Part shown: piece after piece, positions 27,221 through 39,000 of the stretch
Position numbering within the stretch: position 1 is the first letter of the stretch
How the letters are laid out: every line of letters starts with the position of its first letter
From: Acanthaster planci
Taxonomy: Eukaryota
NCBI RefSeq assembly: GCF_001949145.1
Contig: NW_019091356.1
Location: forward strand, 1,116,789-1,180,788
DNA length: 64,000 nt
Direction: 5' to 3'
Notes under the pieces: generated by a model
What the model was told of the DNA's origin: nothing
What the model saw: only the letters and a program-made list of their open reading frames with translations
Databases searched by the model: none
Program-made: the position numbers and the translations under genes

Positions 27221-28057
27221 GTTCAATTTACTTTTGACGAATTTTATCTTCTGAGCGCCCTCACGTGTTGTCGAAAGAAAATGCAGGTTTTCAGTGTACT
27301 AGACAGCAGTGGGAAAAGGTACTTCCGATTTTAGAAAATTGAAGAAAAATTAGTTGCAAGGCATGTATACTGGCAAAACTACAGATGGCCCAGCGCGTGG
27401 GTGATTTATTTTCCACGATAGAGAAAAAGGTTGAGGGGGTGGCTCCCCCGCCTCTTTAAGAGTAAAGGCATAGGGAATTTAATGCAACAGAATGCCCGTA
27501 AACAGTCTTTTTTCCTCGAAAGGTAGTTTTCTTAGCTGACAAAAGCCAATCAGATATGTAAGTTCAAATTGTGGATGAAATTTACGTCAAACCCATCAAA
27601 GCATCTTTCCTGGTACTGTATTTCCTAAACAAGTTTGGCGTCAGTTCGTGGAACAAAAAAATCAGTCCATGTCGCGTCAGAGTCTGATGTACGCACGCAC
27701 TACCAGGTGTTTATGAAACTGAATTTGTTGCAAAGGTGGTTTACACGAACCAACACCCACTTCCCAATTAGTGTTAGTTCGTTGTGTTGGTGACGATATT
27801 TGACTAAATTCACAGAATGAATGAAAATAATTTGTAAAAGGAATTGGCAATATATTGCACAACTGTAGTAAAACCATAATCCATTTATTTCATGTGTTGA
27901 AGTCTAATGCACTGATGTTTAGTTGACCTGAGTGCACTTTTATTCATTTTTGTTGGAAGAGTTCTTCAAAGAAATTGACATCGAGTATCCGCTTTGAGCT
28001 ACAGACAATATGAAAGTTGGGGGATCCCTCACTGATCTTCAAAGCAAAACTACCTAA

Positions 28058-28632
28058 TTCAGGCGAGGAGGGTTATGCAACACCCTCTTCCAGGCGAGGG
28101 GGGTCATGCAACANNNNNNNNNNNNNNNNNNNNNNNNNNNNNNNNNNNNNNNNNNNNNNNNNNNNNNNNNNNNNNNNNNNNNNNNNNNNNNNNNNNNNNN
28201 NNNNNNNNNNNNNNNNNNNNNNNNNNNNNNNNNNNNNNNNNNNNNNNNNNNNNNNNNNNNNNNNNNNNNNNNNNNNNNNNNNNNNNNNNNNNNNNNNNNN
28301 NNNNNNNNNNNNNNNNNNNNNNNNNNNNNNNNNNNNNNNNNNNNNNNNNNNNNNNNNNNNNNNNNNNNNNNNNNNNNNNNNNNNNNNNNNNNNNNNNNNN
28401 NNNNNNNNNNNNNNNNNNNNNNNNNNNNNNNNNNNNNNNNNNNNNNNNNNNNNNNNNNNNNNNNNNNNNNNNNNNNNNNNNNNNNNNNNNNNNNNNNNNN
28501 NNNNNNNNNNNNNNNNNNNNNNNNNNNNNNNNNNNNNNNNNNNNNNNNNNNNNNNNNNNNNNNNNNNNNNNNNNNNNNNNNNNNNNNNNNNNNNNNNNNN
28601 NNNNNNNGAGGAGGGTTATACAACACCCACCG
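28058..28632. repeat. ~31-bp minisatellite spanning an assembly gap (N 28114-28607)
   Basis: caggcgaggagggttatgcaacaccctcttc and caggcgaggggggtcatgcaaca lie before the gap; gaggagggttatacaacaccc lies after it. Confidence 0.7.
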
Positions 28633-31600
28633 CTTCAGCACGTCATAACTTTCTGAAGTTCCATTGTACGCAGTTGTTGAAATCAGCATACATGGAGTTA
28701 GGAGCTCTAAGTTAAGTAGTGGAATCGGGAGTTTTTTTTTATCCTTTTCTCTTGCAAAAAGTGAGCCCCCCAGGTCAGAAAATCCGATTAAAGATTATGT
28801 AAAATTGGTTTAATCAAAAATAACGCCTTAAAGCACGTCTTTTAAGACGTGTGGGGTTTCATGAACCTCAAGCCTAGTTTGTGGCGATTGCTTCAGTATT
28901 AGACATGGAAATTCACAAGTGATTAGTACAACACAAAAGACCCTTTACAACTCTTAAGTGTTAATTTTGAGTCTTAATCAGTAAGTAAGTGGAAATTATT
29001 ACATTCTAAATTAACTTCAGTTTAACCATGTATTTCAAAGTTTCTGGAAGATTTTTGCAGACTTTTTGAATGTCTGTTTTGGGCTAGAAATAAAAAAAGA
29101 TGAGCAAATAAGACTTTCACAAAGCCCCTCTTTATCAAAACTACTAATACCATATTTCAAATTACCGCAGACTTGCCCACCTAAGTCAACTATCTGTGGC
29201 TTTTTCTGCACATTCAGTTGGGGTAAGGCCTAATTTTCCAGAGAACGGTGAGACATATCTATGTGACTGCCGTGTTTGTTCATCATTTCAGAAAACAGAC
29301 ACGTTTAAAACGAACTAATCTAATGAAAGAGATTTGTGCATGCCAGTTTGAGGGCAGTACTGTTGGTACTGTTCGCACAAACCAACAGTATTTCGTGGAA
29401 AAAAATTCTGTTTGAAGTATACTGGAAATATTTGATTGGTATAACTTATAATTGCGATATTTCTTGATTGAGAATAAATCTACAGTTAAACTTCAGTACA
29501 ATATTGTTCATGTATTGAGTTACGTAGTGGCCGAGGAACTGATTTTTTTTATTAGAACATAAATAAATGCATAAATTTACCATTACATTTGTAACAATTA
29601 TTACATAAACCCAATAAACATGTAATCCGAAGTAATTCTAAACACAATATCTGCACTTTTCAACCCTAGAACAGTTTAAATGTAAATTTACATAATCACG
29701 TTTACTGAGTTATAGGGAAAACTTAGGTATTTGTTTTCTCAGTAAAAATTTACCAAATTTTTATGAACAAACTTACCCAACACCTCTTTGTAAAAATTCA
29801 ATTATCAGAAGGTTCGTATGGCTCCATGCAGTTGTGTAAAATTGTACACAACCTGGGTATTTTTCTCTGTGTGTAGTTATATACATTTAACTTTGACTTT
29901 AATATCATCCTTAAAGGTTTCTGTACCATGAAAGTATATAGCTTAATTCAAAGAATGGAGCATACAATATTGCAAGAAAGAGTAACGCAAGATTTGTTTC
30001 TTTGTTGAATTACAAAATTTTTCTTACATGTGTAAAACCTGTTGTGCTGAGGATTCTGGCTACTCAGATGCTGTTTTGGGGGGAAAACTTGGACAGAAAT
30101 ACAAAATGGCAACATTCAAACTTGAGAAGATAATTGTGATGTACATTATGTGATATGTTTGCCACAATAAGTAAGTGGAATAAAGTGTTATAACTTAATG
30201 ATGAAACAAATCTTAACGCAACAAACGCGACCTTGGACAGCCGAACAGAGAGCCGTATGTAGGCCTACTAAAGTAGAGGATACTGCATTATTGAAACGTG
30301 TGTAGTCTTTGTTATCTTACGAGACACAACTGGAGATACACAAGTAACGAATAGAAAGTATTCTCAAGTAAATTTGGCTCAACGGCAAAAAGTGTTAAAC
30401 TATTCAAAGTGTTAAACAGCAGTCGACTAGTTAAGACCTTGCTGCTGTCTTGAAGCGAGCTGTCGAGAGTCTATAACAATATGCAGCCGTGCTGGTTGAG
30501 TACCCGTATCAAGTGAACGACTGAGTGTCCGAAAACATCGAGTCGACAGCAAGTACCCTCTTCATCCTTGTGAGGGTCACTTAAGACCGGGAAAACCGTG
30601 TGTTTTGGGCTGTAGTTAGCGCTGGGAGGTCTGGCCTGACATGGTTTGTCTGACATGGTTTTGAAACTTCACTCCTCTCGGCTTTCAAATAGTCTGACGC
30701 TTGTGGTAAAGTTAGAATTAAGAAAAAATATGGGGCTAGCCGGTAGACGGGCTTCCAAAATACATGAGGATTAGCCACGCGTGTTACTGAGAGTTAAAGT
30801 AAGAGTCAAAGTAAGATAAATTGCCAATTTTGTGTTGTTCAGCTGGGTAGCAGTCTCAACTGGCTTGAAGTTTGCTACTTCGATTTGCACTCACGTCGTA
30901 ATCCGAGCAACTAAGTAAATGGTCTGTTGATAATTGTAACAGGCGTCGACGCCACACTACGTTGACCCAAAATTATAGCACGACAAAACGTCTACTTGCA
31001 TTTGTGCTTGTTATCTGTCCTGTAATGTTACTCCATACCGCAATACGCTGAAATACGTTCGCTAACACCCTTCCTGTTTCCCACATCAAAAAATCTCCCC
31101 AAACTAAGACCGAATATTGTTATGGCAACAATTAACAGACAAATCGAACTTCATGACATATGAAGCAAGATAGCACCCCCACCTTTGTGTTGGTCATTGT
31201 TTGATTGGATCCTCAGGAATTCTTTATAGACATGGGGGGGGGAGGTAACAATACTGTAGAGTGTGTACAAGGATCGGACATGTGGGGTGTGCCCCTCTGT
31301 CCCATATCTTGCTTGCGAATCCCATTACAAGAGCCACCTGTTGATATTTTTGATGTGGCTAAAGAAAAAAATAAAATTTGTTTCAAACTAGAAAAAAGAC
31401 ACTACAATGCTAACTAGTGAACGGATAAACAGTATCTCCAGCCAGTCTAGCGAGGCATCATGTTTCATTTTACTTGCCGTTTGCGTGTGCATTTTTCTTA
31501 AAAAGTCGTGGAAGCTCCATGAAATCAATGCCGACGTCAATTTGGCGTCGGGCTTTTGATTCGTTTAAGGATCGACAACAGATTCTGCATCTGCCAAGTT

Positions 31601-33954
31601 TCTTAAAGACAAGGCATGAAGTAAGTTTTAAAAAAATGAATACATACTGCTGTGGGGGCCAGATTATAATCTCAACTTTTTGGTGAAGGCCTGATCTTTT
31701 TTATGAGTATTTGTGAAGTTTCAATTCTAAANCAGGTACAAAATTAAAATCATTTAAAACAACCAAATCTTTTTAAACGACTACATTTGAAAGTTGAAGA
31801 AACTGCAGACAAACAAAACTGTCCCTGTATAGCTGAGATTGGGAAGGAGCTGAGGGACTGCACAAATACAATTTCTGGTTTAAGGCTTTACGAGCGAATT
31901 CTGAGGGAAATTATCATTATCAAAAATCATTTTCACCAGCAATGCCACCTGTCAATAAGGAGCATTGTGTTCCTGGTGCATGCCACTCATTAAATAAATC
32001 CACAATTGCCACAAATTAATACTCAAAAAGAAGAAAAATAAGCTAATTTCTTTTAATTTAAAAGTTACATAGCCGGTTCTTCTTTTCCGATAAATGTCTG
32101 TATGTGAGAAGACGCGCGTTCAACTTAGAGCTTTCTTCACATTTATAAATTACGACCGCATTTTTGACAGGTAATAAGCTGCCAAAGGGTGATACAACAG
32201 ACGCCATATAATCAAATAAAATGCACATGGGATTATACAACACTTCATTCTAAGTGTTGCTTTTGATGAAATCTACAGGAGCCCTGCTTCAATCGTCATA
32301 CCATAGACATACTGAGCACTTTTCCAAGACAAATGGGATCTACAGAAGCTATGCTTGTTATTTGGTTTTGACATCAGACACAGAGCAGACAGAATGTTTT
32401 GTGTGTGTTGGTGCTTTCATATGTATGTTTTCGGTAGCGCAGTCTACCAGTTCTCACCAGCACCTTATAAAAATAGACAGAATATGAATTTGTGGTGGTA
32501 CAGGTGGGCGTATTTGGGATTTTTTGAGGGGGGCATTCGTCTGTGATGACGAACCATTAAAGGAAGAAAGGGGCCAAGTCTGAGGTATTTTAAGCAAATC
32601 TGTCATTTTCATCCTGTCTCTTCGACTTTCCTTTCTCCCCCTTCTTTTCATTCTTCATTTCTGTTCAGGGGGCCACGCCCCCTTGCTTCCTGTGACGCCA
32701 TATTCAAGGCTGCTATGTGATCATAAACCAGTGCGTGGAATGGAAAGGAATCCGTAACACAGAACAGCACAGCAGTTATCCACAATCTTTACTTCATGTT
32801 GCTGGCTTCTTACCTTATGAAAATAAAATAACTTGCTTCTAGCTGGCTTCTAATATACGCAAACGTACTCCACAATGCCAGAACGACATTGGACGAACAA
32901 TATGTCGAACAACCATGTGTCGAACTGCCAACATTGAGAAGACTGGTGCACGCAAGTTCTATTATTTTTGCCAACACTCAGCACGAGTGTGTGTAGACAG
33001 GCTGATAAAACGCCCTCACGAGACAAGTCCCACGCACGAAAATGCATAGATTTTAATGCGCTGACGCTCAGCTTCAGCCTCATCCAGTATTCGCTCGTCA
33101 CCCAGGGCCCCAACAGGGCGCTGGGAAGGGCTAACGACCTTGCACTGTGACTGGCTACATTGTGGACGGCCTGTGACCGTGAGGTTACCATTTCCTGTCA
33201 GCAAAGCTTTATGTAAATCTTTTGGTTCACCAACGGCAATACTTTGGCTAATTGTCAGCCATAAAAACATTTCCTTGGAACAATCACAGTGTGGTAAATT
33301 ATCTTTTCACTACGTATCACTGATCACATGTCTTTTGGCGATCATATTTCAAATCATTGGTTGTGTTGATCATTTTGAATGAATGAATAAAGTGTAGTTA
33401 CAATATTTTCAGTATTGAAAAAGAAAAAGAAAAAATATCGAATTGATAACCACCGCTGGTGTAAGGCATTGAGCGAGCTCGTGCGTCTTTCATAAATTCA
33501 CCCACAATGCTCCGCGCATCTTTAGCTGTGACCTGTGTGACGTATCTCCTACACCGAAATTTGTGCAGAGCCATTAGCCGTTCCCAGTGCTCTGTTCGGG
33601 CGCTGGATGACGAGCGAAAATATAGTACAAAACCGTGTACTAAACGTTGGGGGCGCCATCACCTCCACCTTCCCGGTAAGCCATGTGTCGGCAACATGCC
33701 AAATACGCAAAATAGACAATTAACGATGGACTTCCTTAAAAGGGAGGGTTTGGGAGTTTAAAAGTACGCCCCCGATTCATATTGTAATTAGTGTACGCTC
33801 TCCATCATACATAGAAATTTCCCTTTTAAAAAATTAAAGGGAAGAGATCATTTTTTCCAGATTTTTTTTTTATTTTTATTTTTTACATCAATTACATCCT
33901 GAAAATAGTTCGCGGTACCCGCTGCTTCACCTGACTCGGACCGGCCAGCCGACC

Positions 33955-34045
33955 CCGACAAGCTCGGTGGTCGAGTGGTTAAGACGTCTAGTAAGCAGGG
34001 GGTCGTGGGTTCGAGTTCCGCCCGAGTAAGCTTGTGACTTTTTTC
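33955..34045 (+). mobile_element. tRNA-derived SINE fragment
   Basis: A-box-like tggtcgagtgg and B-box ggttcgagttcc, followed by gtaagcttgtgactttttt; the anticodon arm is not tRNA-like. Confidence 0.7.
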
Positions 34046-35046
34046 GCAAGCTCTCTGACAAGCACTGAGCATACAGTGTTTATTAATATGTACGTTGGGT
34101 AAGGGCAAAACCCGTTATATTTGCAAACAATCAATGACGATATGCGTAACCTACTGATGGATGGGACACATCGATTTACGTTAGCATCACTCCCTTTATC
34201 ATTTTTGTCTTATTCATCCAATAAAATCAGGCAAAGTGCAATAAAAATGCTACTGACAATGAATCTTGGACAGCATGGGCCATCAACGTTAGGCGTGTGG
34301 ATGCCTCTCTGGTCTTGACAAGTAGAAAATAACGTTCAGAAAACACAGAATGTGTCCATTTTTTTATTTTATAAATTTTGTTTGTTGTATAGACAGAGGT
34401 TGCTACTGCTCGCATTGGACAGACACTTGCATACACGTGATCCTGCCCATACCTCACGGACCACGATGCAAGCAGTTCAAGGAGCTGATGGCTAGATCGA
34501 CCGGCGGTTCATTTGTCACCAAGACGTCCCCTGTGATGTGAGGTTCGTTCGGTTCAGTTTATGTTGGCTCATAAAGGGAGCACACTCTGGAGAACTCGTG
34601 GGGAGTGGATGAGGAGGGGAGGGGTAAATATTATCATGATTCATGTTGCTTCATATGTGATTGCCTGCGCCACTCGGTTGCACTTGAAAGAATTACACGG
34701 GCGTCGACCATTAGGAATTTAGGTAGGACTCTTGTTGAGAGTCGAGTTATCAGGGATAGTTATTCTTGAATTATCGGGTTTATTTTCATCCCCTCTCTGT
34801 GTGTGAGTTAGTGCTCCCCTCTTTTGAGCATTCTTGTTCTTTGTACGCAAACACTGCACACTTTAAGTACTTTTTGTTTTGGAGGGCCTTTTTAGTATAA
34901 GGAATGCATTTTCGGGATGTCGAAATCGGGCAGCTCACTGCTCAACTAACAGTTCATCCGTCTGCCAACCCACCCTCTTTCGTTCACAGCGAGTGACAAT
35001 AAATTCAAACAACCTTCAGCTTTGCATGTACCGTTACAATTCTGGA

Positions 35047-36053
35047 CTACACCAGACAGTTCTTAGGCGTTGCAATCAGCAATCTGGCACCGTACGACGT
35101 GTTAGCACCATGGAGTCGGTGAAGCGACTTGATCTCCTGGAGCGACTCCTCAATGTTTATATCTAGACTGAAATTAAAATTAAAATTAAAACACACCTTA
35201 CAGGTATATATTAAGTGTCACTGACTTGAAAGTGGTATTTTTGTCTTGTTTACTGCCAATCTTTTCTTTGTAAATCATAAACGTTCGTAAAACTGAAACT
35301 TTCTCAGAAAAATCTATTCAGACTGGTTTTCGAAACTAACTTTGTGTTGCTCGACTTAAGAGATTTCTGGTCCCTTTTAGATTTAGCGCCACCTCCGTTC
35401 TCAGTTTCTATTTCATTCCAAAATAAACCATTCTCAGCAGATAATAGAAAATTTGTCCAGGCCTAACTTAAAATTGACATATTTCCTCAGATGTTACCAA
35501 AATACCAGTCGTGTTTCCTCTTCTTCCACATTTAGTTGGTCTTGACGTCACTGATGATGGTATCCGATGTGCGCCGATGGTATCCGATGTGCGCCGATTG
35601 AAAGTCCTTTTCATTGTAGCACCAGAATAAACCTCCGCTTTTTTGTGCAAAATAGAAAAGCGTGTGGAGATGTCAACAATTATACTCCAATCAGCATTCA
35701 TCCCCCGACACCCACGCCAGATAGGGTGCTAAGAAGTAGGCAGAGCCATCAGGTGTTCTTGCACCGATGTTAACGTGTAGATCATGCGCACCAGGCGAGC
35801 TGGATTGCGTTTCCCGTCACGCGCAGACGGCACATCGGGTGTCCCGTACACGCCTTCGATACTGCCGTCTCGAGGGCGGAAACAAGTACTTGTGGGCCGT
35901 AATTGGCCGCTTGAGGCCTCGTCGACCCCTCGTCCGTGATGCGTGTGGAGAGAAGGGCAGGGTTACAGGGTATCATATGCCGTAAATTGGGCAAAATAAG
36001 ATGAAACCGTCCGCGTAATAAGCGAGCTGTCTACTCAATGTAAAAGGCGCCAT
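35047..36053 (-). pseudogene. Disrupted member (D) of the small secreted protein family
   Basis: ATG at 36053: MAPFTLSRQLAYYADGFILFCPIYGI*...HKYLFPPSRRQYRRRV. After a frameshift, 35797-35732 reads RLVRMIYTLTSVQEHLMALPTS* (member C has LFLYTVRQFEDRV and RLVRMYYRLREV). A segment at 35167-35047 behind a strong acceptor reads LDINIEESLQEIKSL...PKNCLV* (compare DIEQLVSEV in C and LKNC in B). Confidence 0.55.
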
Positions 36054-39000
36054 TTGGCAGATCGTGACCGAGCGAAGTCTGAACAATATCACCTGTGTCA
36101 TGTAAAGAGTCAGCTGCATATTTCTTAATACGACATTCAATTTGTACCTCCTTCCGTGTGAGGTATGCTCATAGTTCAGGGTAACCTTGTTGGGAGAGAT
36201 TCAGACAATTCCAACTCGGGGTTTTAGCGGCATGTAATTTCCTGCACCTCTATACATGTATTCTTTCAATATTGGTGTGGCTGGAACAAGGTTGCACCTC
36301 CCCTAATAATTGGTTCTATGTCCACCCTTTTGCTGTAAAGCCTTACATGACCTATAACCCGATTCATTTACAGTATTTGCATAAGTCTTTTGCCACTGGA
36401 TTAAGGATTAATGTACAGAGCGGCACAACATCATAGGTCTCGCCCCGTGCACCTCCTTTGGAAAACTTGAAAAACTACGGGTAACTCCAAAACATTGTAG
36501 GTATTCAACAATGAATGGAATCGTTGTTGTTTACTCCATGCCTGATCCTTTTAGGATTGTCAGTTCCGTTCAATGACGTATTTTTCTAATGAAGTAATTT
36601 AAATTGCTCCTGGGATAAATATTTCTTCATAAATGGAACGAATTCGAGAAGCTGTTTTCAACACGCAATCACAGATGTTTGTGGTCATTCTTTGCTTTGA
36701 AAATTATTAAGTATATATTACAAATCAAGTGTTGTTGTTGACAAAGGGGTGTTCCATACCCTCTCCTCCAAGCATCGACTGGCCTTTGACATCAGTCGTA
36801 ACTCACTGCATAATTCGACAATCTCCACCAACTGAATCGGGTATTTGATTCTTTGTTCTAACAGATAACTTTGCATCTTATATCCTCTGAAGCTGAGGGA
36901 GACAAGGGGACATCGTACGGTAAATTTTAATTTCCGTTGCATACGGAGACCGACAATCATGCTGCGCTCGAGAAGATCGATTTCTTCACGGGATCAGATA
37001 AGTGCTGTTTAAGGGCGCGATCCTACGCACTTCGTAAGTATCGATTAATCAACTGTCTGACTGTTTTTTATTCAAGGACAACGATCAGGATTAAACCTTT
37101 AAAACTAAGCCTGTGTGTGAGTGTGTAAACGACTTCAATCGTGGACCTATAACAATAGGGGACAATAGGGTCCACGGTTGCCGAAGAGTCCACGGTTGGA
37201 AAACGTGTACAAAACATATGGGAGGTCTTCCGAAAAAGTTGAAGTATGAACAAAAGAGGAACAATAGGGAGTCTACAAAGGAAGGCGTTTACACACGTGT
37301 GTGTGCGTGAAAAATTCAATGAACCACGCTTTAAGTCAAGCGAATGAGAGCAATTTTTTTATGTGGACAAAAATGTACAAAACAATTATGTGGGCTTTCA
37401 GTTCTCCCACAAACGAGCGGAGAAAGAGGCAATGAAGTCTAGAATTATTCCAGTCATTCTAAGATTGCAAACAGTCAACATAAACAGTAAAAACAAAGCT
37501 CGTAAACTGTGGAACCTTTAGAACTCCAAGACACATGGTATTTTGAGTTGGCCTGATGCCAAGTTTGTATCTGGTGTGGTATCCATTTATTGGGTAGAAA
37601 TGGGTAAAACAAAGAAGAGAACCGAACAGACAACGGTCGTTATTCTCACATGATTAGTCAATTTGGACAAAAATGTAGAGTTTACCTTTGTACAGATACC
37701 CTGACATTGTCCCACTTGTCTAAATCGGGCGAAAGTCAACTTGGAGTAGAAGCTTTTTTCCACAGTGTTTCTGGGTCTGAAGCTTATGACTCGTCAAATT
37801 AAGAAATAAAAAGGAGAGAGCCATCAAATTTCTCTGTCGAAAAATACTGAAAGACGTGTTGGTATTCAGTGCATATTCAGTATTGCCCGGGTGTATGAAT
37901 ATTTGTCACTCGACTGGGCCACTTTTCGCAAATAGTTGACTCAAATTAGGTCCTGCAGGCTCCCGGCATTGTGTCTACCCAGACTTGGGAAATGCATGTT
38001 CCAAGTGTCAGCGACCGCTGTGGATTCTATATACAAAAAACCGACAATCAAAGACGAGACACTTTCCTTTTGCAGTGGCGGTTTCATTCATTATTCAAAA
38101 TAATGCCACTTGCGACTTACCTCCCTCTCCTGTAAGTATAAGCTGTCAAATTGCCCTGATGTTAACCTGCATATTTGCTCAAATAACACCCCATATGGGC
38201 TATATTAGCTGCATTTGGCGTTTTCAGGTTCTCAGAAAAGTGCAACTCCCGCGCGTCCGTAAATGTCAGTCGTAATCACATTTTTTCCAGAAAGAGACCA
38301 CAAGTCGCGCACAACTTGGTTTCGAAATCGCACATAGAGCGGGCTCTTTTGGTGTTTACTTATTGCCACCTTGTGACACTGTTTTGAACCTTAATTGAGA
38401 AATCGCCGTCGATGACCCACACACGTACCTGGTAAAGTAAGTCTCCTTTTTCTGTAGTCTTCAACCCCTCTCGGTCTTCACAACGTGTGCACCCGACGTC
38501 TCTGCTCAGCCGATATGTAGCAGGAGAAGATAATTAGGTCGACTGTAATCATCCAGCACATGAAATGTGTGGTGCTCGGGGTTGATTATCGAGTTGGTTG
38601 TGAAGACACAGAAAGAAAGCTGGAGGCATTTAACATCCCAAACATCACTCAGTTGACATAATTTGTCCGTTAGTAAGGCAAGCAAAGCCCCACTCTTTGC
38701 CTGGTTTGGCGTGCACTTTTGATATTTCAACTGAAAGAACAAGCGATGTTGACATTTTGAGTGATGGATAATAGCTATTACGTTCACTGCGCATTTGGGC
38801 AGTTTCTGATCATGTCAAATTTTGGCAGATTTTTCCCCTGTTTTCTTTCTGCACATTCTACATTGTTAGCGTTTTACACGTCATGATCGTTTTCAGTGTT
38901 GCTTTCGTATTGCTTTTATTTCATCTGCAGTAAGTACATGATTATATACTTTGTTATCTGCCCGGTCATAGACAACAAAAATTAATTCAACGTGAAACAA

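Noticed and set aside
14004..28715. Long ORFs in the track at 14.0-14.9, 22.9-23.3 and 28.0-28.7 kb
   Set aside because: Artefacts of translating N runs.
30430..30778. Minus-strand frame with a hydrophobic stretch, a Cys, TLTRMKRVL and a later Cys, as a possible sixth family relic
   Set aside because: No ATG start, two internal stops, Cys spacing of only ~58, and similarity too weak to distinguish from chance.
33016..33761. Paralogous peptides LALPSALLGPWVTSE and LAVPSALFGRWMTSE on opposite strands
   Set aside because: The similarity is confined to a 45-nt palindromic DNA element and does not extend into the flanking codons.
33955..34045. Possible tRNA genes here and at ~24010
   Set aside because: A and B boxes are present but there is no proper acceptor stem or anticodon arm; better explained as SINE heads.
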